This document shows, in pieces, positions 8,521-17,734 of a DNA stretch of 64,000 bases (its first letter is position 1; each line of letters begins with the position of its first letter). The DNA lies in assembly GCA_030652755.1 (NCBI GenBank), contig JAUSPV010000224.1, positions 14,770 to 78,769 on the forward strand, written 5' to 3'. Position numbers and translations under genes: made by a program. Source of the stretch: Caulobacter sp. GTDB lineage: Bacteria > Pseudomonadota > Alphaproteobacteria > Caulobacterales > Caulobacteraceae. The notes beneath the pieces were generated by a model. The model had not been told where the DNA came from. It worked only from the letters and a program-made list of their open reading frames with translations, and did not search any database.

Positions 8521-10941
8521 CTAGAACTCGCCCTTGAGTGTCACGCCCCAGGTGCGTTCGTCGCCGGGCTGGCCCACGATCAGGCCGGTGTTACCCGGGC
8601 CGAGCGCCAGTTGTTCGAAGTACTCTTCGTCGAAGGCGTTGCGCACCCAGCCGAAGATGTCGAAGCCTTCGTCCGTCCGGAAGCCGGCCCGGAAGTTGGC
8701 CAGCGAGTAGCCCTTGATGTTGGTGTAGATCGAAGGCGACGCGTTCGAGGAGAAGTCCGAGCGATAGCTGGCCTCGAAGCCGATGTAGCCGGAACCTTCG
8801 CGGCCCAGGAACGTCACCGGCCGGCTGGCTTCCGCGCCGTAGGAGAAGGCCCACTTCGACACCCCGGGCAGGCGGCCGCCGGAGATGTCGCAGTTTGCGG
8901 GGCTGAGACCGCCGGGCGTTCCCGGCGCGGACGGAGTCTGACCGGCCCCGACGGTGGTTCCACCCGCCAGTTCGGGCGGGCAGGGGGCGTCGACGAACTT
9001 CACGTACCTGGCGTCGGTGTAGGCGCCGTTGACATAGGCCGACAGCCATTCGCTGGGCCGAACGGAGAAGTCGAACTCAACGCCCTGACTCCGGACCTGC
9101 TCGGCGTTGGCCAGATAGCCGCGCAGCACGCCGAACTGGCCGTTGGTGACGGTGGCCTGGAAGTCCTCGATGTCGGTGCGGAAGATCGAGAGGTTGAGGA
9201 TGGCGCGACCGTTCCAGAATTCGGTCTTCAGACCGCCCTCGAGGTGCGTCACGTCTTCCGGTTTGATCGTGCCCGCCGACAGGATCGGGTTGCCGGCGGC
9301 GTCGGTCGGCAGGCCGTTCTGGTTGACGCCACCGGTCTTGAAGGTCTTGGCGACCGTGGCGTAGCCCAGAACGTCCGGCGTGAACCGGTAGCTTCCCGTC
9401 AGATCATAGCTGAAGTTGGTGTCGCTGAACTTGGGCGCGCTGAGCTGCGGCGCGAGAATGCCGCGCTGGGCGACCTTGATCGGGTCGGTCTGGCCGAACA
9501 GCACCGGATTGCCCTGGCCGTCGAAGACCTTGCGCTCGTAAAAGCCTTCCTTCTTGTCGTAGTTGATCCGGATCCCGGGCTGGATCGTGAAGGCATCGGT
9601 CAGCTTCCAGCTGAGCTGTCCATACAGCGCGGCACTGGTGTTCTTCAGGTACTGGGTGTTGAGCGCCGTCAGGCCATCGAGGACCGCCGGGTTGTTCGCC
9701 AGGGCGCCGGTAAGGCTCCAGCGGCTGGCGTTGGCGCCGTTCTGCTCGATCCCCTGGGTGTCGATCCGCTGATAGAAACCGAAGGCGCCGAGCACGAAGT
9801 CGAGACGGTCGCCTGAGTAGGCGTAACGCACCTCCTGGCTGTACTGGTCCTGCTGGGACGGGTTGTTCGACTTCGAAACGATCGACAGGCCGATGAAGTC
9901 GCGATCGTTTTCGGGCTTCCAGTCCCAGAACCGCCAGGCGGTCACGGCGGTCAGGACGCCCGGGCCGACGTTCCACACCACGCGCGCCGAAGCGCCGCCA
10001 ATCTCGTTGCCGGCGTTGAGATTGGCGTCGACATCGGTGATGCGGTCAAACGGATTGGTGCTGGGAACAGCGTAGCCCTGGGCCGCGGCCAGGGCGGCGT
10101 ACTGGCGGGCCAGCGGGCGCTGGGTGGCGCCGGTGCGGACGTAGATCTGCGCGCAGCATTCCGGGTTCTGGTCGCTGTAGTCGGCGCTCAGGGTGATCCG
10201 CAGGTCCTCGTTCGGACGGAACAGCAGCTGGGCGCGGAGGCCCAGGTTGTCCTGCTCGTTGATCCTGTTCCCGGTCGTCACATTGTAGATCGTTCCGTTG
10301 CGGCTCGTGGACGAGATGGCGAGGCGACCCGCGAGGGTCTCGGTCAGAGGTCCGGACACCACGCCTTTGGCCTGCCTGAAGCCCAGGTTGCCAACCGTCA
10401 GTTCGGCCCTTCCTTCAAAGTCGAAGGTCGGCGCGTTGCTGGTGATGTTGACCGCGCCGGCCGTGGTGTTCTTGCCGTACAGCGTGCCTTGGGGGCCGCG
10501 CAGCACCTCGACCTGGGAGATGTCGAGGAAGTCGAATGTCGCGGCCGCTGCGCGGGCGTAATAGACGTCGTCGACATAGATGCCGACGCCCTGTTCGAAA
10601 CCGTCGCTGGTCAAGCCGAACGGAACGCCCAGGCCACGGATGTTGACCGTCGTGTTCCGCGGGTTGGACGAATAGTACTGGAAGGTCGGAGTCAGCTGCT
10701 GCAGCCGGCCGACCGTGAACACGCCGGCGTTCTCGACCGCGGCGGCGCTGAGCACCGAAATGGCGACCGGCACCTCCTGCACGCTTTCGGAACGGCGGCG
10801 CGCGGTCACGATCAGCGCATCGACCGTGGACTCCGCCTCGGCGGTGGTCGTCGTGGCCGCGACTTCTGTTTCGGCATAGGCGACGGTGGCCGCGCCGCAC
10901 AGCAGGGCGGTCAACAGACCGCGATGGAAGACCTTGTACAC
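8521..10941 (-). CDS. TonB-dependent receptor
   Basis: Signal peptide, TonB box region LIVTARRR, plug motif LRGPQGTLYGKNTTAGAVN, C-terminal aromatic residue (KGEF). Confidence 0.95.
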   Translation of the reverse strand: MYKVFHRGLLTALLCGAATVAYAETEVAATTTTAEAESTVDALIVTARRRSESVQEVPVAISVLSAAAVENAGVFTVGRLQQLTPTFQYYSSNPRNTTVNIRGLGVPFGLTSDGFEQGVGIYVDDVYYARAAAATFDFLDISQVEVLRGPQGTLYGKNTTAGAVNITSNAPTFDFEGRAELTVGNLGFRQAKGVVSGPLTETLAGRLAISSTSRNGTIYNVTTGNRINEQDNLGLRAQLLFRPNEDLRITLSADYSDQNPECCAQIYVRTGATQRPLARQYAALAAAQGYAVPSTNPFDRITDVDANLNAGNEIGGASARVVWNVGPGVLTAVTAWRFWDWKPENDRDFIGLSIVSKSNNPSQQDQYSQEVRYAYSGDRLDFVLGAFGFYQRIDTQGIEQNGANASRWSLTGALANNPAVLDGLTALNTQYLKNTSAALYGQLSWKLTDAFTIQPGIRINYDKKEGFYERKVFDGQGNPVLFGQTDPIKVAQRGILAPQLSAPKFSDTNFSYDLTGSYRFTPDVLGYATVAKTFKTGGVNQNGLPTDAAGNPILSAGTIKPEDVTHLEGGLKTEFWNGRAILNLSIFRTDIEDFQATVTNGQFGVLRGYLANAEQVRSQGVEFDFSVRPSEWLSAYVNGAYTDARYVKFVDAPCPPELAGGTTVGAGQTPSAPGTPGGLSPANCDISGGRLPGVSKWAFSYGAEASRPVTFLGREGSGYIGFEASYRSDFSSNASPSIYTNIKGYSLANFRAGFRTDEGFDIFGWVRNAFDEEYFEQLALGPGNTGLIVGQPGDERTWGVTLKGEF

Positions 10942-11106
10942 CTAGCTACCCCCAGTGCTTTTTTGCTTGGAGGTCGTGGTATAGGCTTCAAAGCCCATCG
11001 GAACGATAGGGATTTAAATTGGGCCTCTATCAGCTTTTCTGGGGAGAGTTCGCCCGGCGGCGGCCCCGGCTGGCCGCAGGAGGCAGGATGGGCTACGCCG
11101 GCAATC

Positions 11107-12471
11107 ATGACGGCGAAGAAGGCTCCAGCCTCGGCCCGGCGACTGACGGCGGCCAATCTCGAAGCGCTCGGCGCCGAAAGCCTCGCCGCGCTACTGCTGG
11201 AACTCAGCGACAGCCAGCCGGCGCTCAAGCGACGACTGCGCATGGAGCTGGCGGCGCGGGTCGGCGCTCCGCATCTGGCCGAGGAGATCGACAAGCGACT
11301 GGCCATGATCGGGGGCAGCAAGGCCAAGGTCTCCTGGCGCAAGCGGCCTGAGCTGATTCTCGATCTGCATGTCCTGCGCCGGATGATCGCCGGGCGTCTG
11401 GCCGATCTGGACGCCGGGCTGGCCATGCGACGACTGTGGACCTTCCTCGACCTCGCCGATGGCCTGTCCCTGCGGGTCAAGGACCCCAAGGGCGAGCTGG
11501 CGCAGGTCTTCGTGGCGGCGGCGGAGGATATGGCCGGCCTGGCGGGGAGGGCGCCGGCGGATATCGCCCTGGCCGGCGAAGTCGCCGACATGCTGTTCCG
11601 CGGCTCGGCGTCGTGGGCCGAGCGACTGGGCCCGGCCCTCGCCGGTTTCGGACAGGTCTTCGGCGCTGCCGTTCAGGCCGAGCTCAAGGCCCGTATCGCA
11701 GCCCGGCCGGCGTTCAAGCCCTCGGCCCGGGTGCTGCGCGCCGTGGCCGACGCGGCCGGCGACGTCGACGCCTTTCTGGAGACCGTGCCCTCCACCCTGC
11801 GTCACGATCCCGGCACGGCGGCGGCGGTCGGGCGTCGGTTGCTCGGCGCCGGGCGCATCGAGGAGGCGCTGGCGACCCTGCAGGCGGCCGATCCGCGCAA
11901 CCGGGCCCGCGCCCTGGACGGCCGCCCCGATCCGGCCGCCGAGCCCTGGTATGAGGCCTGGATCGAGGTGCTGGAAAGGTCCGGCGAGACCTCGGCGGCG
12001 CACGAAGAGCGCTGGGCGACGTTCGAGCGGACGCTGTCGACAGATCAGCTCCGTCGGTTCCTCAAGGGGCTGCCGGACTTCGATGACGTCGAGGCGAGCG
12101 ACCGCGCGTTCGAAGTCGCGGCGCGATACCCCGCTTTCGCCGAAGGGCTGGCCTTCCTGATCGCCTGGCCGGCGCTGCCAGAAGCGGCGGCGATGGTGCT
12201 GGCGCGGCGGGACGAGGTGGGCGGCGACGCAGGAGCGCTGGCCGAATGGTCCGCCCGGCTGGACGCCCGCTACCCTCGCGCGGCTCTGGTGCTGCTACGG
12301 GCCGCCATCAGCAGCCTGTGGTCCCGCCCTGCCACGCGCGCCGACGCCGAGCCGCTGGCGGACGAGGCCGAGGCGCTTGCCCGGCGCATCGACGACCTGG
12401 GCGGCCTGGAGAGCCACGAGGCCTTCGTAACCCGTCTGACCGCCCGCCGGCAGTTTCCGACCCGGCGGTAG
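11107..12471 (+). CDS. Conserved hypothetical helical protein (DUF6880-like)
   Basis: 454 aa from ATG 11107; N-terminal NLEALGAESLAALLLEL and C-terminal RYPRAALVLLRA/HEAFV patterns resemble this family from memory. Confidence 0.65.
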   Translation: MTAKKAPASARRLTAANLEALGAESLAALLLELSDSQPALKRRLRMELAARVGAPHLAEEIDKRLAMIGGSKAKVSWRKRPELILDLHVLRRMIAGRLADLDAGLAMRRLWTFLDLADGLSLRVKDPKGELAQVFVAAAEDMAGLAGRAPADIALAGEVADMLFRGSASWAERLGPALAGFGQVFGAAVQAELKARIAARPAFKPSARVLRAVADAAGDVDAFLETVPSTLRHDPGTAAAVGRRLLGAGRIEEALATLQAADPRNRARALDGRPDPAAEPWYEAWIEVLERSGETSAAHEERWATFERTLSTDQLRRFLKGLPDFDDVEASDRAFEVAARYPAFAEGLAFLIAWPALPEAAAMVLARRDEVGGDAGALAEWSARLDARYPRAALVLLRAAISSLWSRPATRADAEPLADEAEALARRIDDLGGLESHEAFVTRLTARRQFPTRR

Positions 12472-12581
12472 CGGTCGCCGCACGGCGAAACTGTTTCGCC
12501 CGTCTCGCGAAGCGGCTCATACTAAAGGCGTGGTTCGCGCGTTGTAGCCATTGATCCAGCGAACCCGAGGGCGCCCGTCAG

Positions 12582-13655
12582 ATGTCGGACAGTGAAGACA
12601 AGCCGGCGGTGGGCAATCTGCTCGATACGCCAAACCTGGCCGAGGCGCTGGAAAGCGACCGTTTCAAGCAGTTCCTCGACCACATGCCGCTGGCGGTGGC
12701 GGTCGCCGAACTGCACCCGTCCGAACGGGTGACCTACGCCAACCTCGAGTTCGAGCGCCTTACCGGACAGGCCGCCACCTCGGTCCAGGGGCGGCCCTGG
12801 GGCGTCCTGAACACGATCGCCTCCGCCGCGGCGGGCCGCAATCTCAGCGACGCCATAGCCGCCGACGAGGACTACATCGGCGCCTTCAACCTTGACGGCG
12901 AAGGCGGCGAGATCGCCGTCGATGCCTGGTCGAACATCATCCAGGACGACGACGGTCGCCCGATGTTCCGGCTGGTCGCCTTGGCGGAGATCGCGCCGCG
13001 CGACCGCGCCGATCTGGAACTGCTTGTCCAGGAGAAGGATATCCTGCTGCAGGAGTTGCAGCACCGCGTGAAGAACAATCTCCAGATGATCACCGCCCTG
13101 ATCCGGCTGGAGGCTCGCAACACGCACGACGGCGCCAGCGGTGAGCCGTTCGATCGACTCGCCGGCCGCGTCGGCGCTCTGGCCATCCTCTACCAGACCC
13201 TGTCGGCCGACTCCTTTGGCGAGAGCGTCGACCTGGGCGTCTACCTCAGCCAGATCGCCTCGGCGGTGATGCAGGCCCACGCGGTCGAGGGCATCCACCT
13301 GAATCTGCAGGTCGATACCTGGCCGGTGTCGATCAATGTCGCCATGCCGGCCGGTCTGGTGGTCAACGAGGTGCTGACTAACTCGCTGAAGCACGCCTTC
13401 ATCGGCCGGGAGGGCGGCACGATCAGCCTGCACAGCCTGATCGACGAGACCGGCTGCAAGGTGATCATCGCCGACGACGGCAACGGCCTGGCCGACGGCG
13501 CGATCTGGCCCAAGCCCGGCCGTCTGGGCGTGCTGATCGTCCAGTCGCTTCGGCAGAACGCCCAGGCGACGGTCGAGGTCGAGTCCCGCCCCGGGAAGGG
13601 CATGAAAGTGACCGTCTTTTTCGCCCGCGCCGACGCGGCCCCCGATACAAACTGA
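12582..13655 (+). CDS. PAS-domain sensor histidine kinase (HisKA_2 type)
   Basis: H-box ELQHRVKNNLQ, N-box NEVLTNSLKHAF, D-box DDGNG; N-terminal PAS-like region; no TM. Confidence 0.9.
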   Translation: MSDSEDKPAVGNLLDTPNLAEALESDRFKQFLDHMPLAVAVAELHPSERVTYANLEFERLTGQAATSVQGRPWGVLNTIASAAAGRNLSDAIAADEDYIGAFNLDGEGGEIAVDAWSNIIQDDDGRPMFRLVALAEIAPRDRADLELLVQEKDILLQELQHRVKNNLQMITALIRLEARNTHDGASGEPFDRLAGRVGALAILYQTLSADSFGESVDLGVYLSQIASAVMQAHAVEGIHLNLQVDTWPVSINVAMPAGLVVNEVLTNSLKHAFIGREGGTISLHSLIDETGCKVIIADDGNGLADGAIWPKPGRLGVLIVQSLRQNAQATVEVESRPGKGMKVTVFFARADAAPDTN

Positions 13656-13677
13656 CCGGCCGGTGCTAGGGCGGGCC

Positions 13678-14139
13678 ATGACCTGCCTCCAGCACGCGCA
13701 TCTTCTGACCCTGACGCTGACCGTCGATTTCCGCGGCATGACCACGATCGGCCAGACGCCGGCCGGGCTGCGCAGGATCGCGCCGGTCACAGGCGGGAGC
13801 TTCATGGGCGAACGCCTGAACGGAACGGTGATCGGCGGCGCCGACTGGGTGATCAATCGTCCGGACGGGGTCATGCTCATCGATGTGCGCCTGACGCTCA
13901 AGACCGACGACGGCGCGATGATCTATCTGACCTACCAGGGCCGGTTCCTGGCCGCGGCGGAGGTCATGGCGCGGTTCGCCAAGGGCGCGGTGCTTGATCC
14001 TTCGGACTACTCGCTGGCCGTCTCCGCCCGGTTCGAGTGTGGCGATGAGCGCTATCGCTGGCTCAACGACGCCATCGTTGTCGGCACGGGCGAGCAGACG
14101 GCCTCCGGGCCGATCTATACCCTCCACACCATCGGCTGA
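13678..14139 (+). CDS. DUF3237 (UPF0311) family protein
   Basis: GGADW, DVRLTLKTDDGAMIY and RFECGDERYRWLN motifs. Confidence 0.85.
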   Translation: MTCLQHAHLLTLTLTVDFRGMTTIGQTPAGLRRIAPVTGGSFMGERLNGTVIGGADWVINRPDGVMLIDVRLTLKTDDGAMIYLTYQGRFLAAAEVMARFAKGAVLDPSDYSLAVSARFECGDERYRWLNDAIVVGTGEQTASGPIYTLHTIG

Positions 14140-14146
14140 GGCGCCC

Positions 14147-14500
14147 ATGACCCGCTCCGTCACCCTGCACGGCATCAAGGCCTGCGACACCATGAAGAAG
14201 GCCCGGACCTGGCTGGACGGGCAGGGGATCGCCTACGCCTTCCACGACTACAAGGCCGTCGGCATCGACGCGGCGACGCTGAAGGCCTGGGCCGCCAAGG
14301 TCGGCTGGGAAGTCCTGCTGAACCGCTCGGGAACGACGTTCCGGTCGCTGCCCGACGCCGAGAAGCAGGGGCTCAACGAAGACAGGGCCATCGCGCTGAT
14401 GGTCGCCCAGCCGTCGATGATCAAGCGTCCGGTGCTGGACGTGGACGGCGCGTTGGTGGTCGGATTCTCTCCGGACCGGTACGCGGCCGCGTTCGCCTGA
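14147..14500 (+). CDS. ArsC/Spx family protein (YffB-like)
   Basis: GIKACDTMKKA, LLNRSGTTFR and PSMIKRPVL motifs. Confidence 0.9.
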   Translation: MTRSVTLHGIKACDTMKKARTWLDGQGIAYAFHDYKAVGIDAATLKAWAAKVGWEVLLNRSGTTFRSLPDAEKQGLNEDRAIALMVAQPSMIKRPVLDVDGALVVGFSPDRYAAAFA

Positions 14501-14649
14501 CGGCCCCGGCGGGCGGCCTGCCCGCCAGCGGATTTCGCGTTACGAACATTTCATGTCGGAAAACGCATCCGTAGGCGATGCTCCGCGCCTCTATCCCTCA
14601 GAAGGCGGACGCAACGACGCTCCGCCCCGACATCGAGGACATAACTCCC

Positions 14650-15042
14650 ATGGAAGATCTCATCCCGCTTTTCGCGGTCAGCATGCCCTTCATCATGGTC
14701 ATCGCGATCGTCGTTGTTCCCGCCTGGCTGAAGAGCAAGGAGCGCCGCGAGATGCAGGCGACCCTGCGCGCGGCCATCGAGAAGGGGCAGCCCGTGCCGG
14801 CCGAAATGATCGACGCCATGACCAGGAACGTGAAGGTCGCGCCGACCGCGCTCAGCGATATCCGCACCGGCATCATCTGGATCGCCGTGGGTCTGGGCGT
14901 CTGCATGTTCGGTTTCGTGATCGGCTTTGAGGAAGCAGACGCCTTCCACCCGATGCTGGCCCTGGGCGGCATCCCGATCATCATCGGCGCGGCCTACGTC
15001 GTGCTCAGCTTCTTCAACCCGAACAAGGCGAAGCAACCCTGA
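14650..15042 (+). CDS. Membrane protein preceding ECF sigma (DUF6249-like)
   Basis: Three TM segments plus AIEKGQPVP linker; SD GAGG upstream of ATG 14650. Confidence 0.7.
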   Translation: MEDLIPLFAVSMPFIMVIAIVVVPAWLKSKERREMQATLRAAIEKGQPVPAEMIDAMTRNVKVAPTALSDIRTGIIWIAVGLGVCMFGFVIGFEEADAFHPMLALGGIPIIIGAAYVVLSFFNPNKAKQP

Positions 15043-15075
15043 TCCGTCAGGCGGCTTGAAGGGGAGCGCGCGCAC

Positions 15076-15654
15076 ATGGCCGGGGCACGACCACCCGCCA
15101 GTCTGCACGATGTCGAACTCGCCGCCCTCGCGGCGGTGGGCGACCGGCCGGCCTTCGGCGAACTGGTTCGCCGTCACGGGTCGGCCGTGCGGGGACTTCT
15201 GCGGCGCATGGGCGCCGAAGCCTCCATCGCCGACGACATCGCCCAGGACGCCTTCCTCGCTGCCTTCGAGCGGATCGCGGAGTACCGCGGCGAGGGCGCC
15301 TTCTCGGCCTGGGTCCGCAAGATCGCGGCCCGGCTGTACGTGCGACGCTGGAAGAAGGAGTCCCGCTTCGACCTGGAGGCGGAACCCGCGGACGAAGGGC
15401 ATGGCGGCGAAAGCGTCGTCGCCTCGCGGATCGATCTGGACGAGGCCATGAAGGCCCTCTCGCCGGCCGAGCGCATGTGTGTGTCGCTCTGCTACGGGGC
15501 CGGCGTTTCTCACGTCGAGGCGGCCGATGCCTTGAACCTGCCACTTGGAACGGTCAAATCTCATGTCAAACGTGGTCTGGATAAGCTCCGGCTACGACTT
15601 GCGCCTGCGACAGGCGCGGAAGGCGAGCCGGCGGGGAGCGTGGGTCATGTCTGA
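15076..15654 (+). CDS. ECF RNA polymerase sigma-70 factor
   Basis: Region 2 ADDIAQDAFL/FSAWVRKIA; region 4 LPLGTVKSHVKRG. Confidence 0.93.
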   Translation: MAGARPPASLHDVELAALAAVGDRPAFGELVRRHGSAVRGLLRRMGAEASIADDIAQDAFLAAFERIAEYRGEGAFSAWVRKIAARLYVRRWKKESRFDLEAEPADEGHGGESVVASRIDLDEAMKALSPAERMCVSLCYGAGVSHVEAADALNLPLGTVKSHVKRGLDKLRLRLAPATGAEGEPAGSVGHV

Positions 15655-16033
15655 CCTCGATTTCGAAATGAAGCTGGACCGGCTGTTCAACGAGCCGCCG
15701 GCCATGCCTGACAGCGAAGCCTTCGCGCGGCTTGTCGAGCTGAGGCTTGATCGCGGCTGGAGCGTCCGCCAGGTGGCGCTGGGCGCGGCGGGACTGGTCG
15801 CCGGCCTGGTCGGCGTCGTCCAGGTGCTGGGCTCGCGCTTGGTGCTGGAGACGGCCGCGGCCGCCACCGGTCGCCAGGCCGAGGCGCTCGGCGGCTCGCT
15901 CCTGAGCCTGCTGGAGGTCGGCGAGGCCGCCTCGGCGCTGCCCTACGGCGGACAGGTGATCTGGATGGGCGCGGCTCTGGGTGTTATGGCCCTCGCCTTC
16001 GCCGTCACCCGGGCGGTCGAGGAGCTCAAGTAA
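15647..16033 (+). CDS. Putative membrane anti-sigma factor
   Basis: Overlaps sigma stop by 8 nt; short soluble N-terminus and two TM segments. Confidence 0.6.
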   Translation: MSDLDFEMKLDRLFNEPPAMPDSEAFARLVELRLDRGWSVRQVALGAAGLVAGLVGVVQVLGSRLVLETAAAATGRQAEALGGSLLSLLEVGEAASALPYGGQVIWMGAALGVMALAFAVTRAVEELK

Positions 16034-16054
16034 CCTCACAGGGGAGACACCGCC

Positions 16055-16882
16055 CTGTCCGCTCACCGCAACGATTCCGTCCGCCGGCTCGCCGCGCCGG
16101 ACATCGCCGCCCGCAAGGGGGGCGAGCCCGTCGTCTGCCTGACCGCCTATACCGCGCCGGTCGCCGCCATCCTCGACGAGGCCTGCGACCTGCTGCTGGT
16201 CGGCGACTCGGTGGGCATGGTGGTGCATGGCTTGCCCAACACCGTCGGCGTCACGCTGGAGATGATGATCCTGCACGGCCAGGCGGTGATGCGCGGCTCC
16301 CGCAAGGCCATGGTGGTCGTCGACATGCCCTTCGGCTCCTATGAAGGCGACCCCAGCGTGGCCTATGACAACGCCGCCCGGATCATGAAGGAGACCGGCT
16401 GTCAGGCGGTGAAGGTCGAGAGCGGCCCGACGGTGCCGGCGACGATCGACTATCTGGTCAAGCGCGGCATTCCGGTGATGGGCCATGTCGGCCTGCGGCC
16501 CCAGGCCGTGCTGGTCGACGGCGGCTTCAAGGCCAAGGGGCGAACCGACGCCGAGCGCGAGCGCATCCTGGCCGAGGCCCGCGCCACCGCCGACGCCGGC
16601 GCCTTCGCCGTCGTCGTCGAAGGGGTCGCCGAGCCGCTGGCCCGCGACATCACCGCCGCCATCGCCGCCCCGACCATCGGCATCGGGGCCAGCGCGGGCT
16701 GCGATGGACAGATCCTGGTCACCGACGACATGCTGGGCCTGTTCGACTGGACGCCCAAGTTCGTGCGCCGCTACGCCGACCTGAGGGGCGAGATCGCCGC
16801 CGCGGCCGCGTCCTACGCCGCCGACGTGCGGGCCCGGACCTTCCCCGGCGAGGCCGAGACCTACTTCTCGAAGAAGCCCTGA
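16055..16882 (+). CDS. panB: 3-methyl-2-oxobutanoate hydroxymethyltransferase
   Basis: [32 protein letters not shown] and TIGIGA motifs. Conserved N-terminus lies upstream of the first ATG/GTG, so CTG at 16055 is the proposed start. Confidence 0.93.
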   Translation: MSAHRNDSVRRLAAPDIAARKGGEPVVCLTAYTAPVAAILDEACDLLLVGDSVGMVVHGLPNTVGVTLEMMILHGQAVMRGSRKAMVVVDMPFGSYEGDPSVAYDNAARIMKETGCQAVKVESGPTVPATIDYLVKRGIPVMGHVGLRPQAVLVDGGFKAKGRTDAERERILAEARATADAGAFAVVVEGVAEPLARDITAAIAAPTIGIGASAGCDGQILVTDDMLGLFDWTPKFVRRYADLRGEIAAAAASYAADVRARTFPGEAETYFSKKP

Positions 16883-16966
16883 CGTCCAGCCGTTGCGCCG
16901 CGTTGCAGCGGCGCGGCTGACCCTATAGGTTCCCGGCCTTATCGCCGGAATTCGGAGCGTCTGTAC

Positions 16967-17734
16967 GTGGTCGATGTATTTGAAGAGGTCGAGGAGCAAA
17001 TCCGGACCGAGCGCTACAAGGCGCTGGGCCTGAAGCTTCTGCCCTGGGCCATCGGCGTGGGTGTCGCCGCGGTGATCTTCGCCGGAGGCCTGTGGGGCTG
17101 GGACGCGTGGAGCACCAGCCAGGGCGACAAGGCCGCCATGACCTACATCGAGGCGATGAAGGCGCGCGAGCAGGGCGACGAGACCAAGGCCTTCACCCTG
17201 CTGGGCGAAGTGGCCAAGGCCCCGGTGAAGGGCTACCCGGCCATGGCCCTGATGTCGCAGGCCGGCATGCGCCTGACCGCGGGCAAGACCGACGAGGCCG
17301 TGGCCTTGCTGGATGAGGCCGCCAAGGTCGCCAAGGACCCTGTGCTGGCCGACGAAGCCCGCCTCAAATCCGCCTTGGCGCTTCTCGATACCGCTCCCTA
17401 CGCGGATCTGGAGGCGAGGCTGACCCCCCTGATGGAAGACAAGCGGCCGTTCCGCCTGGAGGCGCGCGAGGCGCTGGCCTTCGCCAAGATCATGGCGGGC
17501 AAGCCGGCCGATGCGAAGGCTGATTTCGTGGTCCTGTCGCAGGTGCTCGACGCGTCCGATGGTATGCGCCAGCGCGCCCAGGCGGCCATCGCACTGATCG
17601 ACTCCGGCTCCGCCGCCACCATCCCCGCGGCCGTCAAGGCCGCCGCCGCCCTTCCGCCGCCCGCTCCGACGCTGCCCGCGGGCATGCCGCCGCAGGGCGC
17701 CGAACCCCAAGTCCAGCAGGGACCCGCCCAATGA
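16967..17734 (+). CDS. YfgM-like TPR membrane protein
   Basis: MVDVFEEVEEQIR start, single TM, helical periplasmic domain; precedes bamB-der. Confidence 0.85.
   Translation: MVDVFEEVEEQIRTERYKALGLKLLPWAIGVGVAAVIFAGGLWGWDAWSTSQGDKAAMTYIEAMKAREQGDETKAFTLLGEVAKAPVKGYPAMALMSQAGMRLTAGKTDEAVALLDEAAKVAKDPVLADEARLKSALALLDTAPYADLEARLTPLMEDKRPFRLEAREALAFAKIMAGKPADAKADFVVLSQVLDASDGMRQRAQAAIALIDSGSAATIPAAVKAAAALPPPAPTLPAGMPPQGAEPQVQQGPAQ

Noticed and set aside
11005-11031. GATAG-N17-CTATC inverted repeat upstream of the TonB receptor
   Set aside because: Five-bp arms are too short to support a regulator assignment.
10489-12471. 660-aa version of the DUF6880-like ORF
   Set aside because: The N-terminal 206 aa overlap the TonB receptor antisense and the intergenic region; ATG 11107 fits better.
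15566-17731. 721-aa minus-strand ORF
   Set aside because: Spans three well-supported plus-strand genes; low-complexity shadow frame.
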